Shown here: positions 38,667-52,093 of the stretch, piece by piece | How positions within the stretch are numbered: the stretch's first letter is position 1 | Layout of the letters: every line of letters starts with the position of its first letter | Assembly: GCF_963921235.1 (NCBI RefSeq) | Contig: NC_086108.1 | Span: 98,644,001-98,708,000 of the forward strand | Reading direction: 5' to 3' | Origin: Mobula hypostoma | Taxonomy: Eukaryota | DNA: 64,000 nt | The notes under the pieces: model-generated | The model's database searches: none | What the model was told of the DNA's origin: nothing | What the model saw: only the letters and a program-made list of their open reading frames with translations | Made by a program: the position numbers and the translations under genes

Positions 38667-39992
38667 ATCCCCCCTGCAGTTCGCGTACCATCCCAACCGC
38701 TCAACAGACGACACCATTGCCATCGCCCTCCACCTGGCCCTAACCCACTTGGACAAAAAAGACACGTACGTTCGAGTGTTGTTCATAGTCTTCAGTTCAG
38801 CGTTCAACACAATCATTCCTCAGAAACTGATTGGAAAGCTGAGCCTACTGGGCCTGAACACCTCCCTCTGCAACTGGATCCTAGACTTCCTGACTGGGAG
38901 AGCTCAGTCAGTCCGGATCAGAAGCAGCATCTCCAACACCATCACACTGAGCACGGGAGCCCCCCAGGCCTGTGTGCTCAGTCCACTGCTGTTCACTCTG
39001 CTGACACACGACTGTGCTGCAACACACAACTCGAATCACATCATCAAGTTCACCGATGACACGACCGTGGTAGGTCTCATCAGCAAGAACGATGAGTCAG
39101 CATACAGAGAGGAGGTGCAGCGGCTAATAGACTGGTGCAGAGCCAACAACCTGTCTCTGAATGTGAACAAAACAAAAGAGATGGTTGTTGACTTCAGGAG
39201 GACACGGAGCGACCACTCTCCACTGAACATCGATGACTCCGTTGAGATCTTTAAGAGCACCAAATTTTTTGGTATTCACCTGGCAGAGAATCTCACCTGG
39301 TCCCTCAACACCAGCTCCATAGCAAAGGAAGCCCAGCAGCATCTCTACTTTCCGCAAAGGCTGAGAAAAGTCCATCTCTCACCACCCCCCCCCTTCCTTA
39401 CCACATTCTACAGAGGGTGTATTGAGAGCATCCTGAGCAGCTGCATCACTGCCTGGTTCGGAAATTGCACCATCTCGGATCGCAAGACCCTGCAGCGGAT
39501 AGTGAGGTCAGCTGAGAAGATCATCGGGGTCTCTCTTCCTGCCTTTATGGGCATTTACACCACACACTGCATCCGCAAAGCAAACAGCATTATGAAGGAC
39601 CCCACGCACCCCTCATACAAACTCTTCTCCCTCCTGACATCTGGCAAAAGGCACCGAAGAATTCGGGCTCTCACAACCAGACTATGTAGCAGTTTCTTCC
39701 CCCAAGCCATCAGACTCCTTAATACCCAGAGCCTGGACTGACATCAACCTACTGCCCTCTACTGTGCCTATTGTCTTGTTTATTATTTATTATAATGCCT
39801 GCACTGTTTTGTGCACTTTATGCAGTCCTGGGTAGGTCTGTAGTCTAGTGTAGTTTTTGTGTTGTTTTACGTAGTTCAGTGTAGTTTTTGTATTGTTTCA
39901 TGGTCCTGAAAAATGTTCTCTCGTTTTTACTGTGTACTGTACCAGCAGTTATGGTCGAAATGACAATAGAAAGTGATTTGACTTGACTTGAC
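38667..39992 (+). mobile_element. 5'-truncated Rex1/Babar-like LINE with a 330-aa open RT fragment
   Basis: [38 protein letters not shown]; (GACTT)n tail. Confidence 0.9.
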
Positions 39993-40066
39993 AACCTTCT
40001 AACCTACTGTAAGATCAAACTAACCCTTCCCTCCTTCATAGCCCTCCAGCTTTCTATCACCAATGT

Positions 40067-40423
40067 TTGTTTGTTCGTTATCATACAATGTGGGCGATTA
40101 TGGTCTTTCCATGAGTATGATTGTTCTTGGCAAATTTTTCTAACAGAATTGTTTTGCCATTCCCTTCTTCTGGGACGTGTCTTTACAAAACGGGTGACTC
40201 TAGCTGTTATCAATACTCTTCAGAGATTGTCTGCCCTGCGTCAGTGGTCGCATAACACTAGCTACTCATACCATCATCCACCACCAGCTCCCAGGCCTTC
40301 ACATGACCCTGATCGGGGTGATAAGCAGGTGCTACACCTTGCCCAAGGGTGATCTGCACGCTTGTGGAGGGAAGGAGCATTTTGCACCTGCTTTGGTAGA
40401 GATGTGCCTCCGCCCCACCACCC
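40067..40423 (-). mobile_element. RTE-related short element
   Basis: Same family as 21818-22217. Confidence 0.6.
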
Positions 40424-40494
40424 AAATTATCCATATGCCTATCTTCAATATCCTTTACGTATCTGCCGCTGCCGCTGCGCGGTTAGCCTGAGGA

Positions 40495-41150
40495 AAGGTG
40501 GGGGAGGGGAAGGAGGCCAGCTGGAAGGTGAGAGGTGAAGCCAGGTGGGTGGGAAAGGTCAAGGGCCAGAGAAGGAAGAATCGGATAGGAGACAAGAGTG
40601 GACCATAAGAGAGAGGGAAGGAGGAGAGGACCTAGGGGGAAGTAGTAGGCAGGTGAGAAGAGGTTAAAAAGTCAGTGTAGGGAATAGAGGAAGAGGGGGA
40701 GGAGATTTTTTTTCACCAGAAGGAGAAATCGATATTCATGCCATCAGGTTGGAGGCTGCTCAGGCAGAATATAAGGTGTTGCTCCTCCACCTTGAGGGTG
40801 GCCTCACCTTGGGACAAGGGAAGGCCATGGATCGACATGTCGAAACGGGAGTGGGAATTGGAATCGAAATGTTTGGCCACCGGGAAGACCCACTTATGGC
40901 GGATGGAGCAGAGGTGCTTGTCGTTGCGGTCCCCCAATTTACGACGGGTCTCACCAGCGTAGAGGAGGCCACACCAGGAGCACCGGACACAGTAGATGAC
41001 CGCAGCAGATTTGCAGGTGAAGTGTGTTGCCTCACCTGGAAGGACTGATTGGGGCCCTGAGTGGAAGTGAGGGAGGAGGTGCCTGGGCAGGTGGAGCACT
41101 TCGTCTGCTTGCTGGAGCAACTCAGCAGGTCAGGCAGCATCTATGGAAAT
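40495..41150 (-). mobile_element. Penelope-like element fragment encoding a GIY-YIG endonuclease domain
   Basis: FTCKSAAVIYCVRCSWCGLLYAGETRRKLGDR…H…HF…LQPDGMNIDF. Confidence 0.88.
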
Positions 41151-41400
41151 GAGTAACATAGTGTTATAGTTAAGAGAAAGTGCAGTGCAGTTAGACAAAG
41201 TGCAAGGCCATGCTAAGATAGATTGGAAGGTCCAACCAGGAAGGAGGTACAGGAGCCTTAGGTTTCACACCTCTGGGTTAAGAAACACTTATTACGGTTC
41301 AACCATCAGCTTCCTGAACCAGCGTGGATAACTTCACTCAACCTCAGCTCTGAACTGATTCAACAACCCATGGACTCCTTCTCTTTTGCACATTGGTTGT

Positions 41401-41438
41401 CAGTCCTGATGAAGGGTCTCGGCCTGAAATGTCATCTG
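41401..41438 (+). ncRNA. Minimal hammerhead ribozyme motif in a PLE terminal-repeat fragment (41401-41490)
   Basis: CAGTC-CTGATGA-AGGGTCTCGGCCT-GAAA-T-GTC-ATCTG; core intact, stem I has two mismatches next to the core. Confidence 0.55.
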
Positions 41439-42973
41439 TTTACTCTTTTCCATAGCTGCTGCTGAGTTTTCCAGCATTTTGTGTATGTTGTCAGTCCTTA
41501 TTTGTGTATAGTTTTTCATAACCTCTATTCTATTTCTTTATTTTCCTGTAAATACCTGTAAGAAAGCAAATCTCAATATATGATGACATATATGTACTTT
41601 GGTAATAAGTTTTACTTTGGCTTTGATCAGGAGTTTATATTTTAGTGTGTGAGAGGTCTGTTCAAGAGTCTGATAAAGTGAGCTGGAGGCTATCCTTGTA
41701 GCATGTGCTTTCAGGCCTATGTGTCTTCTGCCTGACAGGAGGGGGAGGGTGGATAGGAGAGAGAATGAGCAGGGTGGAAGGGGTCCTTAGTTATGTTGGC
41801 CATTTTCTCAGGGCAGTGGAAAGTACCGTGAGATACGATGGAGGAGAGGCTAGTTTGTGTGAGGGACTGCGCTATGTTCACAACTGTGTGATTTCTTGTG
41901 GCCTTGGGCAGCACAGCTGTCGTACCAAGCTGCCATGCATCCGGATACAGTGATCTTTATGGTGTACCTATAAAAGTACAAATACCAACATGAGAGGAAA
42001 CTATTTTTGTGCAGTGGTGGTTAGGGTCTGGAATGTACTGCCAGGAATAGCGAAGTGGGTTCAATGATAGCCTTCATTACAGAGGTAGGTAAATATATCA
42101 AAGGAAAGAATGTGCAGGACTGCTGGGGAGCTTAGAGTGGCATTCTTCCGAATGGACTTCATCCCGACCGACTCTGAATCCACAACCAGACACACGAACC
42201 AGGAATATCCTTCCCATCTCGGTGGTGTGGTCACACTTGGCAGACTTTGGCGGTTGATTGACTTTCTGACCCTAACCAAGACGGGCATGCGTCATGTTTC
42301 CTGCTCCTGATGCCAACCTGGCAAAAAATGACAAGCACAAGCGTGGATTCTGGATGAGGATGGCGTCCTGCTCATTCAGGTAGTTCCTGCCATCCCCGCC
42401 CCCAATTGCCATGGAATAGCTCACAGATGTTAGCTGCCCAGGATCACGAGGAATGCTGACGTGCATGAACCTTTTTGGCATGCAGACAGAGCTTCGAGGC
42501 ACTTGTACTTGAAGTTACCACCATTAGAAGTGGAGAAGAATGGAAGGAAGGAAGAGGTTATTGCTGGTAAAGGGTCAACGTTGTTTTCATTTTGAGGAAT
42601 GCTATTTATTGGAGCTCTCCGAAGTCATTCAGTCTATGGCAATGTTGCTTTGTGTTCTAGGTCCTACGGTCGCATAGCAGTTAGTCTGCCACTATCGTTA
42701 AGAAGTTTGAAAGTTCTCCCCATAACTGGTGGGATTCCTCCGGGTAATCTGGTTTCCTCCCATGGCCCAAAGATGTACAAGTTAGTAGGTTAATTGGTGA
42801 CATGTGCAATTGGGCAGCAGAGACGCATTGGGCCGGAATAGCCTGTTATAGTGCTGTAACTGTAAAATTTTTAAAAAATGGTTGAGCTTGGGTCCTTTAC
42901 TAGACACTAATGTTTAGCTTGCTTCACAATAAAAAATATAGATTTCTAATTATTTATATATCTTTCTCTCTAG

Positions 42974-43047
42974 ATGTCGATCTCTCCAAGATGGAAGGCG
43001 ACGAGCCTTATGATAACAAATTTGTGAAATGGATGATTAAGAACAAG
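42974..43047 (+). CDS. KYAT3: KYAT3-like internal exon 6 of 6
   Basis: ctctAG|…|GTacat; 74 nt, phase 1/0; (N)VDLSKMEGDEPYDNKFVKWMIKNK. Confidence 0.95.
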
Positions 43048-43745
43048 GTACATTGAACTTGGTTTTGGGAGTGGGGAACAATGCGATGTCGACATCAGAT
43101 ATAACAAATACTGACGGTGGCCCTGAGTCAAGAGGTTGTCGATGACAATAACTCTTCAGAGAGTTGAGCCAAAGAGCTAGATATGAATCTCCAATCATTA
43201 AGAAAAATCAGTCCTCAACAGTGCCATCTTCTGAGATAAAACAGTGAACCAAGTTAAACCTGTTAAACATATCACGTAGATGGTAAAGATAGCACAGTGG
43301 TTCTAAGATCAAGAACATGTTCTCCTGATATCCCAGAAATATTCATTATTTAATTATCACAAAAAAAAAGGTTATTCGGCCATCTTTCCATTACTGTTCA
43401 CAGGATCACTAGTCCACAGCACACAGGATTCCTCTGACATTCCAGACATGTACAAGTTACTAGGCTAATTGGTCACATGGGTACAGTTGTGTGCCTTAGA
43501 GGCTCATTGGGCTGGAAGGACCCGTTAGTGCACTGTATCTCTAAGATAAAGTAACTTTTCAAGGCAGTGAATACCTTACTGGTGACAAATACTTTGTGGT
43601 GTCCTGAGGGTTAGTAGGCACATACTAAGATAGAATTAGTTAACAAGTCTTAATTGTTGAAAATTGAGATATGACTGAGTCTAGAAATGAGTTGAACACT
43701 TTGACATTGATGATAGTTTCCCTTCTACTATGTGGATGGTAGGAA

Positions 43746-46700
43746 CAGTTCTGTGCAAAAATCATGGGCACATATGTATAGTATCGTAATAATTTTATGT
43801 ATTGCACTGTACTGCTGCCATGAGGAAAAAAGAACAAACTTCATGACTTATGTGAGTGATGAAAAACCTGATTCTGATTTGGGTCTCATTGTCGACAGAG
43901 AGTGGGAAGGCGGAAGGGAGAGGGGGTATCATGGTTCGGAAAGGGGAAGGGAGTGGGAAGCACCTGAGAAGTATTCTGTAATGATCAGTAAACCAATTGT
44001 TTGGAATCAATTGACCTAGCCTGGTGTCTCAAGGCTGAGTATGCCTGTACCGGCACCACACCCCAGCCCTGACACTCCTTCTCTGCCATCCGTCCCACAC
44101 CCGTCTTGAGTCACTCCACACTCGCAGTTCCCAACGTGCTTTGAAACATAGAAAACACACAGCACAATACAGGCCCTTCGGCCCACGAAGCTGTGCCAAA
44201 CATGTCCCTACCTTAGAACTAGCCAGGTTTTACCCATAGCCCACTATGTTTCTAAGCTCCATGTAGCCATCCAGGAGTCTCTTAAAAGACCCTGTCATTT
44301 CCGCCTCCACCATCGCTGCTGGCAGCCCATTCCACGCACTCACCACTCTCTGCTTAAAAAAAAACTTTCCCCTGACGTCTCCTCTGTACCTACTTCCAAA
44401 CACCTTAAAACTATGCCCTGTCGTGCTAGCCATTTCAGCCCTGGGGAAAAGCCCCTGACTATCCACATGATCAATGCCTCTCATCATCTTGTACACCTCT
44501 ATCAGGTCACCTCTCATCCTCCGTCGCTCCAAGGAGAAAAGGCCGAGTTCACTCAGCCTATTCTCAGAAGACATGCTCCCCAATCCAGGCAATATCCTTG
44601 TAAATGTCCTCTGCACCTTTTCTATGGTTTCCACAACCTTCCTGTAGTGAGGCAACCAGAATTGAGCACAGTACTCCAAGTGTGGTCTGACCAGGGTCCT
44701 ATATAGCTGCAACATTACCTCGCGGCTCTTAAACTCAATCCCACGATTGATGAAGGCCAATGCACCATATGCCTTCTTAACCACAGAGTCAACTTGCGTA
44801 GCAGCTTTGAGTGTCCAATGGACTCGGACCCCAAAATCCCTCTGATCCTCCACACTGCCAAGAGTCTTACCATTAATACTATATTCTGCCATCATATTTG
44901 ACCTACCAAAATGAACCACCTCACACTTATCTGTGTTGAACTCCATCTGCCACTTCTCAGCCCGGTTTTGCATCCTATCAATGTCCCGTTGTAACCTCTG
45001 ACAGCCCTCCACACTATCCACAACACATTCAACCTTTGTGTCATCAGCAAATTTACGTACCCATCCCTCCATTTCCTCATCCAGGTCATTTATAAAAATC
45101 ACAAAGAGTAGGGGTCCCAGAACAGATCTCTGAGGCACACCACTGGTCACCGGCCTCCATGCAGAATATGACCCGTCTACAACCACTCTTTGCCTTCCGT
45201 GGGCAAGCCAGTTCTGGATCCACAAAGCAATGCCCCCTTGGATCCCATACCTCCTTACTTTCTCAATAAGCCTTGCACGGGGTACCTTGTCAAATGCCTT
45301 GCTAAGATCCATATTCACTACATCTATTGCTCTACCTTCATCAATGTGTTTAGTCACATCCTCAAAAAATTCAGTCAGGCTCGTAAGGCACGACCTGCCT
45401 TTGACAAAGCCATGCTGACTATTCCTAATCATATTATGCCTCTCAAAATGTTCATAAATCCTGCCTGTCAGGATCTTCTCCATCAACTTACCAACCACCG
45501 AAGTAAGACTCACTGGCCTATAATTTCCTGGGCTATCCCTACTCCCTTTCTTGAATAAGGGAACAACATCCGCAACCTTCCAATCCTCCGGAACCTCTCC
45601 CGTCCTCATTGATGATGCAAAGATCATCGCCAGAGGCTCAGCAATCTCCTCCCTTGCTTCCCACAGTAGCCTGGGGTACATCCCATCCGGTCCCGGTGAA
45701 TTATCCAACTTGATGCTTTCCAGAAGTTTCAGTACATCCTCTTTCTTAATATCTATACTCTCAAGCTTTTCAGTCCACTGCAGGTCATCCCTATAATCGC
45801 CAAGATCCTTTTCCGTAGTGAATACTGAAGCAAAGTATTTATTAAATACCTCAGCTATTTCCTCCGGTTCCATACACACTTGATTGGTCCTACTCTCTCA
45901 CATCTTATCCTCTTGTTCTTCACATACTTGTAGAGTGTCTTGGAGTTTTCCTTAATCCTGCCCACCAAGGCCTTCTCATGGCCCCTTCAGGCTCTCCTAA
46001 TTTCATTCTTAAGCTCCTTCCTGCTAGCCTTGTAATCTTCTAGATTACTGTCATTACCTAGTTTTTTGAACCTTTCGTAAGTTCTTCTTTTCTTCTTGAC
46101 TAGATTTACCACAGCCTTTGTGCACCATGGATCTTGTACCCTACCATCCTTTCCATGTCTCATTGGAACGTACCTGTTCAGAACCCCATGCAAATATCCC
46201 CTGAACATTTGCCACATTTCTTTGGTACGTTTCCCTGAGAACATCTGTTTCCAGTCTATGCTTCCAAGTTCCTGCCTGATAGCCTCATAGTTCCCCTTAC
46301 TCCAAGTAAGTGTTTCCCTAACTTGTCTGTTCCTATCTCTCTCCAATGCTATGGTAAAGGAGATAAAATTGTGATCACTATCTCTAAAATGCTCTCCCAC
46401 TGAGAGACCTGACACCTGACCAGGTTCATTTCCCAATACCAGATCAAGTGCAGCCTCTCCTGTTGTAGGCTTATCTACATATTGTGTCAAGAAATCTTCC
46501 TGAACACACCTAACAAACTCCGCCCCATCTAAACCCCTTGCTCTAGGGAGATGCCAATCGATATTTGGGAAATTAAAATCTCCCACCACAACAACCCTGT
46601 TATTATTACTCCTTTCCAGAATCTATCTCCCTATCTGCTCCTTGATGTCCCTGTTACTATTGGGTGGTCTGTGAAAAAACACCCAGTAGAGTTATTGACC

Positions 46701-48461
46701 CCTTCCTATTCCTAACTTCCACCCACAGGGACTCCGTAGACAACCCATCCATGACTTCATCCTTTTCTGCAGCCCTGACACTATCTCTGATCAACAGTAC
46801 CACGCCCCCACCTCTCTTGCCCCTCTCCCTATCCTTTCTGAAACATCTAAAGCCTGGCACTTGAAGTAGCCATTCCTGCCCCTGCACCATCCAAGTCTCT
46901 GTAATGGCCACAACATCATAGCTCCAAGAGCTGATCCACGCTCTAAGCTCATCTGCTTTATTCATGATACTCCTCGCATTAAAATAGACACATCTTAAAC
47001 CATCGGTCTGAGTGCGTCCCTTCTCTATCATCTGCCTATCCTCCCTTTCGCACTGTCTCCAAACTTTCTCCATTTGTGAGCCAGCCTCCCTTTCCTCCGT
47101 CACTTCAGTTTGGTTCCCACCCCCCAGCAATTCTAGTTTAAACTCTCCTCAATAGCCTTAGCAAACCTTCCCACCAGGATATTGGTCCCCCTCAGATTCA
47201 AGTGCAACCTGTCCTTTTTGTACAGGTCACACCTACCCCAGCAGAGGTCCCAATGATCCAGAAATCTGAATCCCTGCCCCCTGCTCCAATCCTTCAGCCA
47301 CTCATTTCCTATTCTCACTGTCATGTGGCACAGGCAGTAATCCCGAGATTACTACCTTTGAGGTCCTGCTCAAATTCTTTCCTAACTCCCTGTAGTCTGT
47401 TTTCAGGACCTCCTCCCTTTTCCTACCTATGTCATTGGTACCAATATGTACCACGACCTCTGCCTGTTCTCCTTCCCACTTCAAGATATCATGGACGCGA
47501 TCAGAAACATCCTGGACCCTGGCACCTGGGAGGCAAACTACCATTCGCGTTTCTTTCCTGCGTCCACAGAATCGCCTATCTGACCCCCTAACTATAGAGT
47601 CCCCTATCACTGCTGCCATCCTCTTCCTTTCCCTACCCTTCTGAGCCACAGGGCCAGTCTCTGTGCCGGAGGCACGACCATTATTGCTTCTCCCAGGTAG
47701 GCCATCCCCCCCCCCAGCAGTATTCAAGCAGGAGTACTTATTGTTAAGGGGGACAACCACAGGGGTACTCTCTAGTACCTGCTTCTTGCCCTTCCCTCTC
47801 CTAACTGTTACCCACTTCTCTGTCTCCTGTGGTCCTGGGGTGACTACCTGCCTATAGCTCCTCTCTATCACCTTCTCACTCTCCCTGACCAGACGAAGGT
47901 CATCGAGCTGCAGCTACAGTTCCCTAACGTGGTCTCTAAGGAGCTGCAGCTCGACGCACCTGGTGCAGATGTGGTTGTCCGGGAGGCCGGGAGTCTCTAG
48001 GACTCCCCACATCTGACACGGAGCACAGAAAACCAGTCTCACACACATACTCTCTGTCTTTATTTTAAACAGATAAACTGCCTGGCCTCGACCCTTTATC
48101 ACTGAAGCCCCATTGAGCCAAAGCCTTGCTACTCTGTCTTCTACTACTCCGACGCCCGCTCTGTAAATCTGTCTTCCTTTTAAAGACTGGCCGACCTCCA
48201 TGTGCTTGCGTAGTCTTGCCCCGTTCAAACTGCTGAAGAAATAACCGTCACCTTTTCAACTCTGCTCGCTTTTAAACTCTTCCCGCTGTTCTTACTGGCT
48301 GACCTCCACACGCTTGCGCAGTCTTGCCCCATTCAATCTACCGAAGATTTGCTCCTGCCAGATTTACAAACTCGCTCTCCGATCCATGTTGACAAATACA
48401 GTACTGTGCAAAAGTCTTAGGCACCCAAGCTGTACGTGCCCCAGACCTTTGCACAGTACTA
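43746..48461. mobile_element. Tc1-type non-autonomous composite element (43746-44143 + 48348-48461), split by a CR1
   Basis: TIR-like CAGTTCTGTGCAAAAATCATGGGCAC at 43746; complete 63-bp TA-flanked mini-MITE at 48399-48461. Confidence 0.55.
44144..48347 (-). mobile_element. Near full-length CR1 LINE (5' UTR, ORF1 zinc finger + esterase, ORF2 APE + RT), inactivated
   Basis: CAPCQMW…HICTRC; VIGDSIVRG, VHIGTND; YFNARSI, ITETW, VGDFNFPNIDW, SDHN; 549-aa RT ORF with FADD. Flanked by TTTG on both sides. Confidence 0.95.
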
Positions 48462-50843
48462 TACGTGATTCATAAAAAGAGTAGATCGTTCTAATCCATG
48501 ATTCACTTCATCATGGCAGATCTATACTTTACTAACAGATTGCTGTATAAATGCCTATCTATTTAAGAATTTAAAATGTCAGTCAATCCATTGCCTTCTG
48601 GGAAGAGAGTTCTGGATTCTTCCTACCCTTTGCGTAAAAATAAACAGCTTTCTACCTCTGTTCATTCCTGAGTGGGCGAGCTCAGACTGCAGGAGTTCTG
48701 TTACTGGGATTTGGCCAAAGGAGAAACATTTCCCTTAAAAGTTTACTTTCAATTTTTTTTATCGTCTTAAACACCAGGACTAATATGCTTCATAACCTGC
48801 TAGACAAGAGAGTACAAACAATGTTTTCGTTAAAGCTTTATTTGATTCTGTAATCTCAGAATGAATATCATAAATCTCCCCCTGCTCATGGAGTGTTTGT
48901 CCCTCTCCCATCAGGGAGGAGGATATGTAGCATCCACACCAGGATACCAGACTCAAAAGCAGTTACTTCCCCAAACAGTAAGGCTGATCAACACCTCCAT
49001 ACCCCCAGCTACCACTACTTTATCATTTCCTGTCAGTCAACTTATGTACAGACACTCCTGTGCCTAGCATCACTTTATGGACATTCAATCAGTCTATGTA
49101 TCTAAGCTCTCTAATGCATTTAGATTTATTCCGTGTTTTATTATTATTGTGTTCTCTATCTTACTATGATTTTTTTTTTGTGTGCTACAGTGGATCCAGA
49201 GTAACGATTATTTTGTTCTCCTTTACACTTGTGTTCTGGAAATGACATTAAGCAATCTTGAATCTTGAACTTATACGCATCTCAATCTTATGCAAAATTT
49301 CTCGAGATTTTAAAATTTTGACTCTCAAAAGTTATGTTGAGCCCTTTGAAACATTACTAAAGTATTTAAAACACAGCAAATAAATTGAACGTAGAACAGT
49401 GCAGCCCAGGATTCGGCCCTTTGGCCCACAATGTTGTACTGAATTAATTACTTTAGTGATCAAATGCCCAAAACTAAACAAATCCCTTCTGCCTACACAG
49501 TATCTGTGCCCTTCCATTTCCCTCTCATTCATGTGCCTATCTAATAACTTGTTGGCCGCCTCACTCATCTTTGCTTCCACTACACAGGCAGTGCATCCTA
49601 GCATCCCAGGCACTCACAACTCCCAGTTTATTAAAAAAAAACTTGCTCCACACATTTCCTTTGAACTTATGCCCCTCATGTTAAGTGCTTGCAGTCTGGT
49701 ATTAGACATTTCAATGCAATGGAAGAGACACTGGATGTCTAGTCTGTATATGGCTGTCATAATCTTAAATGTATATTAGATCTCTCTTCAGCCGGCACAG
49801 CTCAAGAGAACGTAAATGAAGACTGTCCAACCTCACTTTATAACAAATACCCTCTAAACCAGGCAGCATGCTTGGAAACCTCTTCTGCGTCCACACCAAA
49901 GCCTCCACATCCTTCCTATAATGTGGGGGCGACCTAAACTGAATGCTGCAATACTCCAAATTGCAGCCTAACCAGAGTTAAATCATGATGGCACGGTATA
50001 AGCCTTTCAGCTCACAATGTTGTACTGACCTTTAACCTCTCTAAGATCAATCTTCCCCTTCTTTCCTTCATAGCCTTCCATTTTTTTATCATCCATATAT
50101 CTGTCTAAAAGTTTCTTAAATGCCCATAATTTGTCTGCCTCTGCCAGCACCCCCAGCAGGGTGCTGCATGCACCAACCACTCTGTGTAAAGAACTCTTCT
50201 CTGATATACCCGCTATGTTTTCCTCCAGTCACCTTAAAATTATACCCACTGGTATTAACCATTTCTGCATTGGGAAAAAGTATCTGGCCATCCATTCGAT
50301 CCATGCCTCTTATCATCTTGTACACCTCTATCGAGACAGTTCTCATCCTCCCAGAAAAGCCCTAGCTCACTCAACCAATCCTCATGAGACAGGCAGCACC
50401 CTAGTAAATCTCTTCTGCATCCTCTCCAATGCCTCTCCATCCTCATAGAATGGAGAAACCACAGTACTGCAGATGTAGCCTAACTAGAGTTTTATAAAGC
50501 TGCAACACATCTTCCTGACTCTTAAACTCATTTTGTTAACTAATAACAAACATGCCATATGTCTTCATTACCACTCTATCTACTTTCAAGGAGGTATGAC
50601 TTGGACCCGAAGACCCCTCTATACATCAACTTTACTAAGGTTTCTGCCATTGGGAGTGTTCTGTTTCTTTACTTTTGATCTTTGAAAGTGCATTTCTTCA
50701 CATCTGGCTGAGTTAATCATCTGCCATTTCCCTATATCCCACAGTATTATCTTTTGCCAGTCTTCACTATCCACAACACTGCTAATTTTTGTATTTCCTG
50801 CAAACTGACCACCTACATTTTCATCAAAGTCATTTATTATATA

Positions 50844-52093
50844 CAAACCCCATTTCCAGAAAAGTTGGGATATTTTCCAAAATGCAATAAAAACAATAAT
50901 CTGTGATATGTTAATTCACGTGAACCTTTATTTAACTGACAAAAGTACAAAGAAAAGATTTTCCATAGTTTTACTGACCAACTTAATTGTATTTTGTAAA
51001 CATACACAAAGTTAGAATTTGATGGCTGCAACACACTCAACAAAAGTTGGGACAGAGGCATGTTTACCATTGTGTTACATCACCTTTCCTTTTAATAACA
51101 CTTTTTAATCGTTTTGGAACTGAGGATACTAATTGTAGTAGATTTGCAATTGGAAATTTTGTCCATTCTTGCTTGATATAAGACTTCAGCTGCTCAACAG
51201 TCCGTGGTCTCCATTATCTGATTCTCCTCTTCATGATGCACCATACATTTTCAATAGGGGATAGATCTGGACTGGCAGCAGGCCAGTCAAGCACGCGCAC
51301 TCTGTGTCTACAAAGCCACGCTGTTGTAGCCCATGCAGAATGTGGTCTGGCATTGTCTTGCTGAAATAAGCATGGACGTCCCGGGAAGAGACGTCGCCTT
51401 GATGGCAACATATGTCTCTCTAAAATCCTAATATACGCCCTCAGAGTCAATGGTACCTCCACATACATGCAACTCACCCATGCCGTGGGCACTGATGCAC
51501 CCCCATACCATCACAGATGCTGGCTTTTGCACCTTTCGCTGATAACAATCTGGATGGTCATTTTCATCTTTGGCACGCAGAATTCGACGCCTGTTTTTTC
51601 CAAAAACTAGCTGAAATGTGGACTCATCTGACCACAGTACACGGTTCCACAGTCTTTCGGTCTATCTGAGATGAGCTCGGGCCCAGAGAACTTGCCGACG
51701 TTTCTGCATAGAGTTGATGTATAGCTTCCTCCTTGCGTAATACAGTTTCAAGTTGCATTTCTGGATGCAGTGACGGACTGTGTTGAGTGACAATGGTTTT
51801 CCGAAGTACTCCCGAGCCCAGGTGGCTATAATTGTCACAGTAGCATGACTTTTCTGTGCACTTTTCAATCTTATTTTAACTCTGTCCCAACTTTTGTTGA
51901 GTGTGTTGCAGCCATCAAATTCTAAATTTGTGTATATTTACAAAATACATTTAAGTTGGTCAGTAAAACTATTGAAAATCTTTTCTTAGTACTTTTGTCA
52001 GTTAAATAAAGGTTCATGTGAATTAACATATGACAGATTTTTGTTTTTATTGCATTTTGGAAAATATCCCAACTTTTCTGGAAGTGGGGTTTG
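50844..52093 (-). mobile_element. Tc1 DD34E transposon, IR/DR type, defective
   Basis: 214-bp TIRs (50844-51057, 51880-52093) with AAAAGTTGGGA direct repeats; TA TSD; WSDES, FQQDNARPH and SPDLSPIENVW with D-34-E spacing. Sits inside a minus-strand CR1 fragment. Confidence 0.95.

Noticed and set aside
9326..43047. Calling the gene KYAT1
   Set aside because: KWMIKNK and PNNP look KYAT1-like, but KAII, IADLCIK, LGWSIGP, LQTVQQN, GGYF and the DLS..EPYD spacing fit KYAT3 better. A phylogeny would settle it.
44230..45879. Active retrotransposon ORF2
   Set aside because: The upstream endonuclease region and ORF1 are broken by deletions and frameshifts.
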